A stretch of DNA of 64,000 nucleotides from Oscillospiraceae bacterium (GCA_015064485.1 SVSD01000002.1:49709-113708), one strand, 5' to 3'; shown: positions 44,383 to 54,949, counted from the stretch's first letter. Made by a program: numbers and translations. The notes: generated by a model from the letters alone, not told the origin.

Positions 44383-45231
44383 TCAATAAAAGAAGGTGTT
44401 TCCTCCGATGGATACCGCTCTTTCCCTGTTCTTATCCATCCACGAATTTTTCACAAAGTCCGCCTGATAGAAAAGACAGTCGGGAGCAACCGTTACTCCG
44501 TCAAGCGAGCATTTTGCCGCAAGAATATTTTCTTTTGAGGGGGTATTATCAAGTTTGCCGTTATAGGCGATAGTAAACTGAACGCTTCCGTAACGGCGGT
44601 CGTATATTACCTCCTGTACAGTATCGGGGAAAAGGTCGCTTTTTGCTCTGTTTGAAATCACATTCGCAACGGCAATTTTCCCTTCAAACCCGGGGCCGCA
44701 TTCGCATTGCAAAACCTGAGCAACGATAAGTATATCGGGGTTTGTGTATGTAGCATCTATTCTCTCGGCGTCAACCGTTACATCCGGTGCAGATATCCAC
44801 ACCTGATAGTAATAGTCGTCCCATCTCACATCATATCCGAGCTTTTCAGAAACCGCACGAACGGGAATAAACATTGTATCAAGATATATGACAGCTGTAT
44901 TTTCCTCATCATATATCGAAAAATCAATGCTGTTTTCGTCTTTTGAAACTGTTGCGGTCTTTGTTTCATCAGTCCAGGTAACGACCGCACCCATAGTTTC
45001 GCTTATAGCCCTTATCGGCACATACACCGTATCATTTTCGGTTTCAAGAAAGGAATTTACGGGGGTTTTTATGATACTTCCGTTTATAACAACATCTATC
45101 GGAATTTCAAAACCTTCGATATTATAATGCTCCGCAGACACCGCAATGCCGGACAAAGTTAAAACACTTCCGATAAACAGCGCCGCAGTAAAAAGCTTTT
45201 TGATAAAATTCATATAAACAAATCCCTTCAT
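44383..45231 (-). CDS. secreted cell-wall hydrolase: copper-amine-oxidase-like stalk domain plus SleB-type domain
   Basis: Signal peptide; YVPIRAISETMGAVVTW and FIPVRAVSEKLGYDVRW stalk repeats; C-terminal LLAQVLQCECG...VANVISNR SleB-like motif; start may be 45213. Confidence 0.75.
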   Translation of the reverse strand: MKGFVYMNFIKKLFTAALFIGSVLTLSGIAVSAEHYNIEGFEIPIDVVINGSIIKTPVNSFLETENDTVYVPIRAISETMGAVVTWTDETKTATVSKDENSIDFSIYDEENTAVIYLDTMFIPVRAVSEKLGYDVRWDDYYYQVWISAPDVTVDAERIDATYTNPDILIVAQVLQCECGPGFEGKIAVANVISNRAKSDLFPDTVQEVIYDRRYGSVQFTIAYNGKLDNTPSKENILAAKCSLDGVTVAPDCLFYQADFVKNSWMDKNRERAVSIGGNTFFY

Positions 45232-45281
45232 TTTATTATATTATATAATATATTATTTCGTATATATCTATGATTCTCTTC

Positions 45282-45920
45282 CTATAACATTTTTTCAAAT
45301 AATCCTATCGCCTCGTCGAGCGAAGAAAATTGCGCCGTCATCAAAGCTTTCACTTCATCCGAAAAGGACACGATATCGGGAATTCCGATACATTTCATTC
45401 CCGCTTCCGCCCCTGCACGGATACCGTTTTCGGAGTCCTCAATAACAAAACAATCCTCTTTATCTGCCCCAAGCTTTTCTGCCGCAAGTAAAAATATGTC
45501 GGGGGCCGGTTTGCCGTTTTCCACATCTTTTCCGCCCACAATAACATCAAACACATCCGCAGCTCCGACTTCGTTCAGATGATGATCAATACTGGCGTGC
45601 GAAGAACCTGATGCAAGGGCAAGCTTTATTCCCTTTTCTTTTAAAAACGAAATCAATTCTTCCGCGCCTTTTTTATATACAACTTTACCGTTTTCTATGA
45701 TATATGTACGCATGGTTTTCTTGAACAATTCAAGGTCAAGCTCCGGAAAATTCCGTCCAAGATAAGAAGACCAGCCCGTTTCATTCATACCGCAGACTTC
45801 AAAAATACAATCTCCGATACCCGAAATCCCCTGCTCGCGCCCCGCATATTCCCATGCAGGCACACAAATACGCTGTGTGTCAAGCAAAGTTCCGTCCATA
45901 TCAAAAATCACACTAAACAT
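45282..45920 (-). CDS. HAD-superfamily hydrolase (beta-phosphoglucomutase-like subfamily)
   Basis: N-terminal DMDGTLLDT; SGSS; C-terminal CFVIEDSENGIRAG motifs. Confidence 0.85.
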   Translation of the reverse strand: MFSVIFDMDGTLLDTQRICVPAWEYAGREQGISGIGDCIFEVCGMNETGWSSYLGRNFPELDLELFKKTMRTYIIENGKVVYKKGAEELISFLKEKGIKLALASGSSHASIDHHLNEVGAADVFDVIVGGKDVENGKPAPDIFLLAAEKLGADKEDCFVIEDSENGIRAGAEAGMKCIGIPDIVSFSDEVKALMTAQFSSLDEAIGLFEKML

Positions 45921-45974
45921 TCCAATTTATTACCTTTCAAAAATTCCAAATCAATTTTATCACAAAAAAATAAA

Positions 45975-46008
45975 AAAGACAATCTCTATTACAGAAATTG
46001 TCTTTTTT
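45975..46008 (-). terminator. rho-independent terminator
   Basis: AAGACAAT...ATTGTCTT stem followed by a T-run on the minus strand. Confidence 0.7.
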
Positions 46009-46010
46009 TA

Positions 46011-46244
46011 TTAGTTATTTGCATCCAGCCATTCTTTAGCCTTTACAGCAGACATTCTTGTGATGTTTTCAGCAGGATACTTTGAATCAGCTCCGCCGTT
46101 TACATAAAGAAAATATTTGCCGTCTTTAGTTTTATACAGGCTTTCTTCATAACCATCGCTTGCACCAAAATTACCGAAAGTATTCTTTGCAATAAGTTCT
46201 GATGCTTCTGTGTCGTATTCGACCTTGCATATGATCTTTTTCAT
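46011..46244 (-). CDS. small hypothetical protein
   Basis: 77 aa ORF with its own TTGAAC-17-TATAAT promoter and terminator. Confidence 0.55.
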   Translation of the reverse strand: MKKIICKVEYDTEASELIAKNTFGNFGASDGYEESLYKTKDGKYFLYVNGGADSKYPAENITRMSAVKAKEWLDANN

Positions 46245-46369
46245 TTTATTAACTCCTTCAAATTTAGTTTCTTAAGATTATTATAACATATAAATACTAA
46301 AAGTTCAAGCATAGTTTGTTTTTTTATAAAAAATAATCGAAAAACCTCAAAGTTTTCCCAATTCGCATT

Positions 46370-47059
46370 TTACTGATGCAAAAGCTCAAATTTATATCCG
46401 ACGCCCCAAACAGTCTTTATCTGCCACTTTTCGGAAATTCCCGAAAGCTTTTCACGCAATCTTTTTATGTGTACATCAACCGTTCTTGAGTCGCCGAGAT
46501 AATCAAACCCCCATACTTTATCGAGAAGCTGATCTCTTGTGAACACTCTGTTGTAATTGGATGTAAGGAAATATAAAAGCTCGAGCTCCTTCGGAGGAAT
46601 ATCCACAGATTTTCCCGAAAGCTTAAGTTCGTATTTCTGAAGGCTTATTTCAAGGTTGTCAAACTTAACAACTTCGGAGTCGTCGCTTTCGTGTCCTGCG
46701 CAGCGGCGGAACACTGCTTTTATTCTCGCCACAACTTCCTTCATATCAAAGGGTTTTGTGATAAAATCGTCAGCTCCGAGTTCAAGGCCTAAAACCTTAT
46801 CAAAAACTTCATTTTTCGCAGTAAGCATAATAATGGGCTTGGAAGAAATTTCGCGAATTTCACGACAGACCTGCCAACCGTCTTTGCCGGGCATCATTAT
46901 GTCAAGCAAAACCATATCGGGCTCGTATATCTTGAACGCCGAAACAGCCTTTACGCCGTTGTTTGCAGTAACGATCTCATAATCTTCGTTCTCAAGACAA
47001 ATCTTTAAAAGATCGCAAACATTGGTATCGTCGTCGGCGATGAGAATTTTAAATCCCAT
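46370..47059 (-). CDS. OmpR-family response regulator (no adjacent histidine kinase)
   Basis: Start moved to MGFKILIADDD; receiver Asp in VLLDIMMPG; winged-helix C-terminal RTVDVHIKRLREKL. Confidence 0.85.
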   Translation of the reverse strand: MGFKILIADDDTNVCDLLKICLENEDYEIVTANNGVKAVSAFKIYEPDMVLLDIMMPGKDGWQVCREIREISSKPIIMLTAKNEVFDKVLGLELGADDFITKPFDMKEVVARIKAVFRRCAGHESDDSEVVKFDNLEISLQKYELKLSGKSVDIPPKELELLYFLTSNYNRVFTRDQLLDKVWGFDYLGDSRTVDVHIKRLREKLSGISEKWQIKTVWGVGYKFELLHQ

Positions 47060-47228
47060 ATTTCCCTCCCATACACTTTTCATAATTTTGTAATATATTA
47101 ATAAATTAAAAAGTGCCATTTATTAATAAATCCTGTTTCACAACATAATTTTACCTACAATTCGACGAAAATTGGTGAACAAATTTTTAACTAATATTGG
47201 TTAAATTTTAAATTAAAACAAAAATTGT

Positions 47229-47867
47229 TTATTTTATTTCCATTTTTTGAACTCCGTCAAAAAGAATTTTGTCGGTTTTTCCCTTGCCTGCAAGTGTACA
47301 TATAGCAGTCAGGGATTCATTTATTTTTTTAGAGTTTTCAGCATTTTTGCCGCAAAGCCCCTCTACCGCAAAAGTTATGGACGGCAAAAGCAGATTTAAA
47401 GCATTCGTTATAAAGTCCACATCATTTCTTATATTCATAACAAGCGAATCTGAAACTACTCCCGCTCTGCTTTTTGAAGGCAGAAATACTGCTTTTTCCT
47501 TTTTCGCCTTATTCGATCTGTCATAGTTTCCGATATTTGCACTGCCGCAAAGATTTTGTGAAAAAAACACCGCTTCACTCTCACATATTTTAAGTGTTAT
47601 ATCGGGAATTATATCGTCAGGCGAAAAGCCGTCTGCACCGACTGTAAAAACCGCATCGCAGTTTCTGCAAAGATGATAGAGCTTGTCACAGCAAAGCTTT
47701 GTAAGCGCTTCGTCGCCTTTTTTCACAAGTGCCGTATGGTATCCGCCGAGTGCATATCCCCCGTTTTTCATTATATTTGTAATATGCGAACAGCATTTTA
47801 CCGATTGGGCAAGCTCTTCTATATCCTTGCCGCAACATAAAATTCCGAATACCGGCATATCCGTCAT
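47229..47867 (-). CDS. hypothetical protein with three CC dyads (weak MoaB/Mog-like resemblance)
   Basis: 212 aa; LCCG, KCCS, LCCD; VFTVGADGFSPDDIIPD loosely resembles the MoaB/Mog TTGGTG region. Confidence 0.4.
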   Translation of the reverse strand: MTDMPVFGILCCGKDIEELAQSVKCCSHITNIMKNGGYALGGYHTALVKKGDEALTKLCCDKLYHLCRNCDAVFTVGADGFSPDDIIPDITLKICESEAVFFSQNLCGSANIGNYDRSNKAKKEKAVFLPSKSRAGVVSDSLVMNIRNDVDFITNALNLLLPSITFAVEGLCGKNAENSKKINESLTAICTLAGKGKTDKILFDGVQKMEIK

Positions 47868-48154
47868 ACATATCCTCCTTTCTTAATATGTTATAAATCT
47901 GTACTTTATTTTTTCGGTTGCAAATACTATTATATGTTTTATCGGCATTTATCACAACATAAAGTGTTCGTTACATTTTGAGCCTTTGCGGTAAAAAAAG
48001 CAAAAATTTTCCTTTGCTGAGTGTTTGTTTTTGCCGAATAGGAAATATTTTTATAATAAAACAAGGCGCCTTTTGTTTTTTTGTATTACGAAAATTTCCT
48101 TGACATAAACTTACAAAACGGGTATCATATATAATAGTAAATAGAAAAAGGAAT

Positions 48155-49120
48155 TTGGAAATGCAAACAATTACCGCGCAAAACTTCAAAGAAAAACCGA
48201 ATAATTTTTGTGTTACGGTGCTCGGAAATTTCGATGGTGTACATCTTGCACATACAAAGCTTATCTTATCGGCAAAAAAGATGGCCGAGGAAAAAGGATA
48301 TAAGCTGTGTGTTTATACATTTTCCCGGCATCCTTTGAATTACAGGGAAGGCTTTCCGGGGCTTATCACATCCCCTTGCGAAAAGGAAGAGCTTATACGC
48401 TCTCTCGGTGCCGATATTCTTTTCCTTGAAAGTTTTGAAGATGTAAAAGACCTTTCCTGCGAAGAGTTCTGCGGCAAAGTGCTTATTGATAAGCTCAATA
48501 CTAAAATTGCTTTCTGCGGAAAAAACTTCAGATTCGGCAAAAACAGGTCCGGAGATGCCGAAACACTAAAAAAAGAAATGTCCGTCCTCGGCGGAAATGC
48601 TTTTGCGATCGATGATGTGAAAAGCGAAGACGGCAATGTGATAAGCTCAACAATCGTAAGAAAACATATCCTTGACGGAGATACCGAAAAAGCAAAAAAT
48701 CTTCTCGGAAGGCCTTATTCGTTAACAGCAGAGGTGGTTCACGGCAGGCATCTTGCAACACACCTCGGCGCTCCCACAATAAATCAGACTTTTCCTCAAG
48801 GAAAAATCGTTCCCAAAAACGGAGTTTACGCCGTATGCCTCATATTTGACGGCAAAAAGCATTTCGGTGTTGCAAATGTAGGAGTAAAGCCTACCGTTAC
48901 TTCAAACGAAGCCTGTTGTCCGATACTTTGCGAAACTCATATACTTGATTATAAAGGCGACCTTTACGGCAAAACGATCAAAACCGAATTTTACCGCAAA
49001 CTCAGAGACGAAAAGAAATTCGCCTCGATCAAAGAGCTTTCGGACGCTATAAAAAATGATGTTTTGAATGCCGTTTCATATTTCAAAGAAAGAGAGGAGA
49101 AGAATTTTGAAAACCGATAA
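48155..49120 (+). CDS. ribF: bifunctional riboflavin kinase / FMN adenylyltransferase
   Basis: GNFDGVHLAH nucleotidyltransferase motif; C-terminal riboflavin kinase domain (PTINQ, YGK...F); start is 48155 (TTG) or 48161 (ATG). Confidence 0.9.
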   Translation: MEMQTITAQNFKEKPNNFCVTVLGNFDGVHLAHTKLILSAKKMAEEKGYKLCVYTFSRHPLNYREGFPGLITSPCEKEELIRSLGADILFLESFEDVKDLSCEEFCGKVLIDKLNTKIAFCGKNFRFGKNRSGDAETLKKEMSVLGGNAFAIDDVKSEDGNVISSTIVRKHILDGDTEKAKNLLGRPYSLTAEVVHGRHLATHLGAPTINQTFPQGKIVPKNGVYAVCLIFDGKKHFGVANVGVKPTVTSNEACCPILCETHILDYKGDLYGKTIKTEFYRKLRDEKKFASIKELSDAIKNDVLNAVSYFKEREEKNFENR

Positions 49121-50507
49121 AATCTTTTCTTATTTTAAAAAATCCCTTTCTTTTACTGTTATGCTGTCCATACTTTTACCGTTTCTTTTTGCGTCTGTAA
49201 ATGCCGATGAAACTAAAAGTACTCCTAAAACATTCAAGTATTATGACAGTAAAACATTTTTTGATTTTGCAGAAATCGAATGTCCCGAAACAGATGCCGG
49301 AAATATTTTCGTTGCAAACATCACAACCGGCGATGTTATGTTTGAAAAAGATGCTCAGATGCTCATTTTTCCCGCATCTACGGTTAAAATAATGACAGCT
49401 ATTGTAGCATATGAAAGTATCCCCGATCTTGATGTTTTGATATATGCATCCGAAAAGGCTGTAAAAAAGACTACGGGCACAAAGCTCACCCCCACCCGTC
49501 CGATAAAAGCCGACGAAGGGCTTTCAGCGCGCGATCTTTTATATGGGCTTCTTGTAACGGGCGCCAATGATGCGGCAAATGTTCTTTCCGAATATGTCGG
49601 CGGTACGGAAGAAAATTTTGTTGAAATGATGAATGCCAAAGCAAAAGAAATAGGAGCAAAAAATACTACCTTTAAAAACCCGACAGGTCTTCATCACCCC
49701 GATATGACAACAACCGCCTACGATATGGCGCTCATATCAAATTACGCCTACTATATAAATGATATAGTAAAAATGGCAGGCTCCACAAATCATACCATCG
49801 AAGAAACAAATATAACAAAACACCGCCGCAGTCTTTACAACCGAAACAGAATGATACGGCGGGTTGAGGGCGAAACAAATTATTTTTACAAAGGTGCTTT
49901 AGGCCTTTCCGCAGGATCTACTCCCGAGGGCGGAAACTGTGTAATTGCAATAGCCGAAAAGAGCGGCCAGACATATCTTGCAGTTGTTATGAACGCAGAT
50001 TCTACTCCAACGGAAAATTTCGCATACAGTGATGCAAAAAACCTTTTAAATACCTGCTTTGATAATTTTTCCGTTCAGAAAGTGGCAAAAAGCGGAGATA
50101 TACATCACGAAATTCCCGTTTCCCTTGCGGCGAATGTAGATCATGTTATACTCCATGCCGCAAAGGATATATCCGCTCTTTTACCTAACGATGTAGATAT
50201 GGAAAAGGATATCCTTTTAAAAAAGCTTGTGTACAGCGATGCTGTCGCTCCGATTTACGCAAACCAGATATTCGGTGAGCTTGAAGTTGTATATAAAGGA
50301 ACAATAACTCTCGGAAAAACCGAACTTGCGGCAGGAAACGCTGTTGACAGAAGCAATCTGTTGTATTTTCTCAATGCACTGCGCAGATTCTTTACTTCCC
50401 CCTGGTTTATAACAGCATTCATTACAGCAATAATACTTTTCACAATATACTGTTTCCTGTATTATAAAGCTTTAAAAAACAAAAAAGGTTACAGAAGGTA
50501 TAAGTAG
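49107..50507 (+). CDS. D-alanyl-D-alanine carboxypeptidase (peptidase S11, PBP5-like) with C-terminal membrane anchor
   Basis: TTG start after GAGAGGAGAAG; signal sequence; active-site ASTVK; C-terminal TM helix. Confidence 0.8.
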   Translation: MKTDKIFSYFKKSLSFTVMLSILLPFLFASVNADETKSTPKTFKYYDSKTFFDFAEIECPETDAGNIFVANITTGDVMFEKDAQMLIFPASTVKIMTAIVAYESIPDLDVLIYASEKAVKKTTGTKLTPTRPIKADEGLSARDLLYGLLVTGANDAANVLSEYVGGTEENFVEMMNAKAKEIGAKNTTFKNPTGLHHPDMTTTAYDMALISNYAYYINDIVKMAGSTNHTIEETNITKHRRSLYNRNRMIRRVEGETNYFYKGALGLSAGSTPEGGNCVIAIAEKSGQTYLAVVMNADSTPTENFAYSDAKNLLNTCFDNFSVQKVAKSGDIHHEIPVSLAANVDHVILHAAKDISALLPNDVDMEKDILLKKLVYSDAVAPIYANQIFGELEVVYKGTITLGKTELAAGNAVDRSNLLYFLNALRRFFTSPWFITAFITAIILFTIYCFLYYKALKNKKGYRRYK

Positions 50508-50549
50508 TTTTATATAGGAACAATAAATGTAAACATTTGGTGAATAGCC

Positions 50550-50578
50550 TTGATTTTCCTTGTGATATGTGATATAAT
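50550..50578 (+). promoter_or_regulatory. sigma-A promoter of rplS with ~110-nt leader
   Basis: TTGATT, 17 nt, TATAAT. The leader may be an L19 autoregulatory leader, which I cannot verify. Confidence 0.5.
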
Positions 50579-50694
50579 CCATTCGTTATGGTCGTAAATT
50601 GTGCAAATGCGCGGTTTTCGGTCTGATAAATCAATTTCGGGCATTCCTCTACGGCTGCGTGTATGAATTCCCATATTATTAAGGAGGTAGCATT

Positions 50695-51039
50695 ATGAAC
50701 AACATCATCAATGCTTTCGCAAACGAGCAGCTCAAAACTGAAATCCCTCAGTTTGAGATCGGCGATACAATCGTCGTACACAACAGAATCAAGGAAGGTT
50801 CCAGAGAAAGAATCCAGTTGTTCGAAGGCACAGTTATTGCCAAGAAGAACGGCGGTATTTCCGAAACATTCACAGTAAGACGCGTAGCGTACGGCTGTGG
50901 TGTGGAAAAGACTTTCCCTCTCCACTCTCCCAATGTTGCAAAGGTTGACATTGTAAGACACGGTAAGGTTAGACGCGCTAAGCTCTATTATCTCCGTGAC
51001 AGAGTTGGTAAGAGCGCTAAGCTCAAGGAAATCCTCTGA
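50695..51039 (+). CDS. rplS: 50S ribosomal protein L19
   Basis: 114 aa; [13 protein letters not shown]...[13 protein letters not shown]...FTVRR pattern. Confidence 0.95.
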   Translation: MNNIINAFANEQLKTEIPQFEIGDTIVVHNRIKEGSRERIQLFEGTVIAKKNGGISETFTVRRVAYGCGVEKTFPLHSPNVAKVDIVRHGKVRRAKLYYLRDRVGKSAKLKEIL

Positions 51040-51092
51040 TTTCCGTCTGATACCGATCAACGGGACAGACAAAATGCGGTAACGCCGCTTTG

Positions 51093-51122
51093 AAAAAGGA
51101 GCCGCATAAGGCTCCTTTTTTG
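51093..51122 (+). terminator. rho-independent terminator after rplS
   Basis: AAAAAGGAGCC gcataa GGCTCCTTTTT. Confidence 0.8.
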
Positions 51123-51159
51123 ATATTCGTATTATCCTTTCCGAAGGGAGAAATATAAA

Positions 51160-51846
51160 ATGGAAGAAAAAAACACAAACATTCCCGAAACAAAAGAACC
51201 TGACGAAAAAAAAGCCCCCCATACCGGGCTTCACTTTCTTCGTGAAATAATAGACTGGCTTGAAACATTCGCTTTCGCCTTTGCTTTTGTTATTGTTATT
51301 TTCACATTTATGTTTAAAATAGTAACAGTCGAAGGACGGTCTATGCATTATACCCTTGACCACGGAGATAAGCTTATCATAACCGATATGTTTTATGAAC
51401 CGGAATGCGGAGATATTGTTGTTATTCAGGAGCCTCACCGCTTCGATTCTCCGATAATCAAAAGAGTCATCGCAACAGAGGGACAGAAAGTAAAGATTGA
51501 TTTTGATACATGGGCAGTTTATGTTGATGATGTGCTTTTAGACGAGCCGTATGTAAATTATGACGACAGAAACGAAGGCTTTGCGATGGATCATTTCGGA
51601 TGTGTTTCGGAATTTGTTGTCGCAGAAGACAATGTTTTTGTAATGGGCGACAACCGCAATAATTCCTCCGACAGCCGAGTAAAGGATTTTATCCTTCAGG
51701 ATGACGGAAGCTATCTTTACAAAGGCTTTACCGAAGATGAAATACTCGGAAAAGTTATCGTAAGACTTACACCTTTCAACAAATTCGGAACAGTAAAGCC
51801 CGCAACAGAAGCTCAAATTGAAAAAATCAAAGAAGCAAGAAAATAA
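51160..51846 (+). CDS. lepB: signal peptidase I
   Basis: Catalytic GRSMHYTL (Ser) and KRVIA (Lys) boxes; GDNRNNSSDSR. Confidence 0.9.
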   Translation: MEEKNTNIPETKEPDEKKAPHTGLHFLREIIDWLETFAFAFAFVIVIFTFMFKIVTVEGRSMHYTLDHGDKLIITDMFYEPECGDIVVIQEPHRFDSPIIKRVIATEGQKVKIDFDTWAVYVDDVLLDEPYVNYDDRNEGFAMDHFGCVSEFVVAEDNVFVMGDNRNNSSDSRVKDFILQDDGSYLYKGFTEDEILGKVIVRLTPFNKFGTVKPATEAQIEKIKEARK

Positions 51847-51874
51847 CAAAGCTCAAAGCTTGTGGAGAATATAA

Positions 51875-52819
51875 ATGGCATATAAACCGTATAAACCGAA
51901 AAAGAAAAGAAATGTGGAAAAAAAGCCGCAGGAAACACCGGTAAGAGAAGTAAGTAAAATAATCCAGTGGTTCCCCGGACATATGGCAAAGGCAAAAAGA
52001 CAGATCGCCGAAGATTTAAAGCTTGTTGATATTGCAATCGAACTTTGCGATGCCAGAATTCCGATTTCAAGCCGTAACCCCCAAATAGACGAAATACTTT
52101 GCGGAAAACCTTCTATTCTTTTGCTGAATAAAGCCTCACTTGCTGACCCGGAGGCAAATGCAAGATGGAAAGAATACTACAAAAGCATCGGCAAAAATGC
52201 AATATTTACCGACTGTATGACAGGAGAGGGCATAAACGATATCATCCCGTCAATAAAAGAAGTTCTAAAGGAAAAGCTTGAGCGCTTTGAAGCAAAAGGA
52301 ATGGTCGGAAGACTTCCCCGAGTTCTTATTATCGGTATAACAAATGCCGGAAAATCAACTCTTGTCAATAAACTTTCCGGCTCGAAACGAGTAAAGACAG
52401 AGGACCGTCCCGGCGTTACAAGGGAAAATCAATGGGTATCGGTCAAAAACAGCATTGAGCTTCTCGATACCCCCGGTATTTTGTGGCCCAAATTTGAGGA
52501 CGAAAGAACGGGACTCCGCCTTGCATTTACCGGCGCCATAAGAGATGAAATTCTCGACAGAGAAGACATTGCTGTGTCTTTATGCAAGCATCTTTATAAA
52601 AAGTACCCGAAAAAGCTTTGTGAACGCTATAAGATCGACCCTTCGGAGGCTGAAGACCTTCAGCCTTGGGAGCTTTTCGAGCTTATCGGCAAAAAAAGAG
52701 GTTTTCTTATCTCGGGCGGCGAAATAGATTATGCAAGAACCGCCGTTATGCTTCTTGATGAATTCAGAGGAGCAAAAATCGGACGGCTCACTCTTGAAGA
52801 ACCGCCGAAAAAGGAATAA
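51875..52819 (+). CDS. rbgA: ribosome biogenesis GTPase A (YlqF)
   Basis: Circularly permuted GTPase: LLNKASL (G4), GITNAGKST (G1), DTPG (G3). Confidence 0.9.
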   Translation: MAYKPYKPKKKRNVEKKPQETPVREVSKIIQWFPGHMAKAKRQIAEDLKLVDIAIELCDARIPISSRNPQIDEILCGKPSILLLNKASLADPEANARWKEYYKSIGKNAIFTDCMTGEGINDIIPSIKEVLKEKLERFEAKGMVGRLPRVLIIGITNAGKSTLVNKLSGSKRVKTEDRPGVTRENQWVSVKNSIELLDTPGILWPKFEDERTGLRLAFTGAIRDEILDREDIAVSLCKHLYKKYPKKLCERYKIDPSEAEDLQPWELFELIGKKRGFLISGGEIDYARTAVMLLDEFRGAKIGRLTLEEPPKKE

Positions 52820-52834
52820 AAAGAATAATATCCT

Positions 52835-52868
52835 AAAAAAGGAGCTGTAAAAAATTACAGCTCCTTTT
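52835..52868. terminator. bidirectional hairpin terminator between rbgA and tyrA
   Basis: AAAAAAGGAGCTG taaaaaatta CAGCTCCTTTT; near-identical to the hairpin at 35905-35936. Confidence 0.75.
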
Positions 52869-52871
52869 ATT

Positions 52872-53729
52872 TTATTTTTTGTCAAACAACTCACGGCGCT
52901 TCGACGAATGACGCATCATTTCTCTCATTCCGTCTATATCATCCGTTTCAAGCATACTTTTAAGTTCTCCGAATTTGTTTATAAACATATCCATCTGCTC
53001 GATCAAAACATCCTTGTTTGCCACAAAAAGTTCGCTCCACATAAGGTCGTTTATTCTCGCAATACGGGTAAGGTCACGGAACGAGTCGCCTGTAAACTTC
53101 TCCATATCTTCCTTGTCGTTGCAAGTCATAAGGGTTATTGCAATACAGTGCGTGAGCTGAGAAAGGAAGCCTATCATTTCATCGTGTTCTTCGGGAGAAA
53201 GCGTTGTAACATTTGAAAAGCCGAGAAGTCTTCCAAGCTCCATACAGGTATTTATCGCCTCGGGAGTGTTTTTTTCTGTTGGTGTTACAATATAGTTTGC
53301 ACCTATAAACATCTTTTCCGTGCTGTTTTCAACACCTGAAACCTCACGCCCTGCCATCGGATGAGCAGGAATAAATTCTGCATCAGGGCGCAAAATATCC
53401 TGAATCTCATATACAATATTCCTTTTAACACCCGTAACATCCGTAATAAGCGCACCGCTTTTTAAAAGATGCTGGTTTTCCTTTATCCATTCTACAAAAA
53501 CATGAGGATAAAGGGCGAAAATAACAAGATCCGCCTCGCCGATTATCCTTTCGTCAAGGGTAGTTGAACCTTCATCAATCATTTTTTCTTTGATCGCATA
53601 ATCTATCGAGCTTTGCTCTTTTGTGATAGCACTTATATGGAAACCAAATCTCTTAAGCGCTTTTGCATAGCTGCCGCCGAGAAGTCCAAGACCTACTATC
53701 AATATTTTTTTACTTACATTTACAATCAT
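52872..53729 (-). CDS. tyrA: prephenate dehydrogenase
   Basis: 285 aa; N-terminal GLGLLGGS Rossmann motif; HPMAG motif. Confidence 0.85.
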   Translation of the reverse strand: MIVNVSKKILIVGLGLLGGSYAKALKRFGFHISAITKEQSSIDYAIKEKMIDEGSTTLDERIIGEADLVIFALYPHVFVEWIKENQHLLKSGALITDVTGVKRNIVYEIQDILRPDAEFIPAHPMAGREVSGVENSTEKMFIGANYIVTPTEKNTPEAINTCMELGRLLGFSNVTTLSPEEHDEMIGFLSQLTHCIAITLMTCNDKEDMEKFTGDSFRDLTRIARINDLMWSELFVANKDVLIEQMDMFINKFGELKSMLETDDIDGMREMMRHSSKRRELFDKK

Positions 53730-54928
53730 TCTGTTTCAACCTCAGCACCAAGTGCTTTTATATCATCAAAAAATGCGGGATAGCTTTTTTTCACCGCTTC
53801 AATACCATCAATTTTGCCGCCCAATTTTGAAAGTATCAACGAAAGAGCCATAACGATTCTGTGATCGTTGTGACCGTCAAGGGCGACTCCGTTATACTTA
53901 AGCTCTGTTTTCGGCACAGTTATCATATTGTCTCCGAAAACAAGTCCGCCGCCAAGCTTCTCAAGCTCTTTGTGCATCACAAAACCTCTGTCGCTTTCCT
54001 TTGCCTTTAATCTGTCGGTTCCCGTAAACACTGCGCCGTTTTTCAGCGATGCAAGTGCAAAAAGTATGGGCCCGAGATCCGGACAATCGGAAATGTCAAG
54101 GGTAGGCGTTCCCTTTGCGATCTTGTCAAAATAATCGGAATAAACCCTGTCGCCTTGAAGGCTGTCGGGCTTTAAACCGGTAATTTCAACTTCCGATCCG
54201 ATATAATTGAAAGAATCAAGAAAAGCCGCGTTTGAATAATCTCCTTCAACCTTTCCGGAGAAGGAATGCATCTTGGAATTTCTTATAACAATATTATATT
54301 CGTCTTCAAATTCAACATCCGCGCCAAAAGACCTTAACGCACCTATTGTAAGATCAACATAAGATCTGCTTTCAAACGGAGGGGTTATTTCAATATGAGA
54401 TGTTCCGCCAAGATATACAAGAGCGAAAATAAGTCCTGTAATAAATTGACTGCTTATATCCCCTCTTATTTTAAAATTCCCGCTTTTAAGTTTTCCCAAA
54501 AGGGTTACGGAATTTGCGTTTTTTTCAAATCTGAAGTTTTTTTCACGGCATAATTCCTCATAAACATCAAGCGGTCTTTCTAAAAGTCTGTCACTTCCTT
54601 TAAGTACGGTTTCCTTACCGGTACATAAAGCAAGAGGAATAAAAAATCTCAGTGTACTTCCGCTTTCCCGACATTCAAGAACGCCTTTTTCGGGGTTTAT
54701 AAAGTTTTGTCCGTTTACGGTAACAGTATTTTCGTCGGTATCGATAAAACAGCCCAAAGCCCTAAGGCAATCTATTGTTGCAAGAATGTCTTCGCTGTAA
54801 TCGACACCTTCAAGCACACATTTTTTCTTTGACAAGGCGCTTGATATGAGATATCTGTGCGCCATACTTTTCGAAGGAGGCGCACTTATTTTCCCGCATA
54901 AACTACACGGTTTGAATTCTGCTGTCAT
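53726..54928 (-). CDS. aroA: 3-phosphoshikimate 1-carboxyvinyltransferase (EPSP synthase)
   Basis: 400 aa; PPSKSMAHR, LERP, DHRIVMA motifs. Confidence 0.9.
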   Translation of the reverse strand: MTAEFKPCSLCGKISAPPSKSMAHRYLISSALSKKKCVLEGVDYSEDILATIDCLRALGCFIDTDENTVTVNGQNFINPEKGVLECRESGSTLRFFIPLALCTGKETVLKGSDRLLERPLDVYEELCREKNFRFEKNANSVTLLGKLKSGNFKIRGDISSQFITGLIFALVYLGGTSHIEITPPFESRSYVDLTIGALRSFGADVEFEDEYNIVIRNSKMHSFSGKVEGDYSNAAFLDSFNYIGSEVEITGLKPDSLQGDRVYSDYFDKIAKGTPTLDISDCPDLGPILFALASLKNGAVFTGTDRLKAKESDRGFVMHKELEKLGGGLVFGDNMITVPKTELKYNGVALDGHNDHRIVMALSLILSKLGGKIDGIEAVKKSYPAFFDDIKALGAEVETE

Positions 54929-54949
54929 TTCAGTTGTCCTCTTAAGTCC

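Noticed and set aside
50440-51438. 332-aa minus-strand ORF
   Set aside because: It is antisense to rplS and lepB, which have clear family motifs, and it overlaps the 3' end of the carboxypeptidase gene. The translation is low-complexity and Phe-rich.
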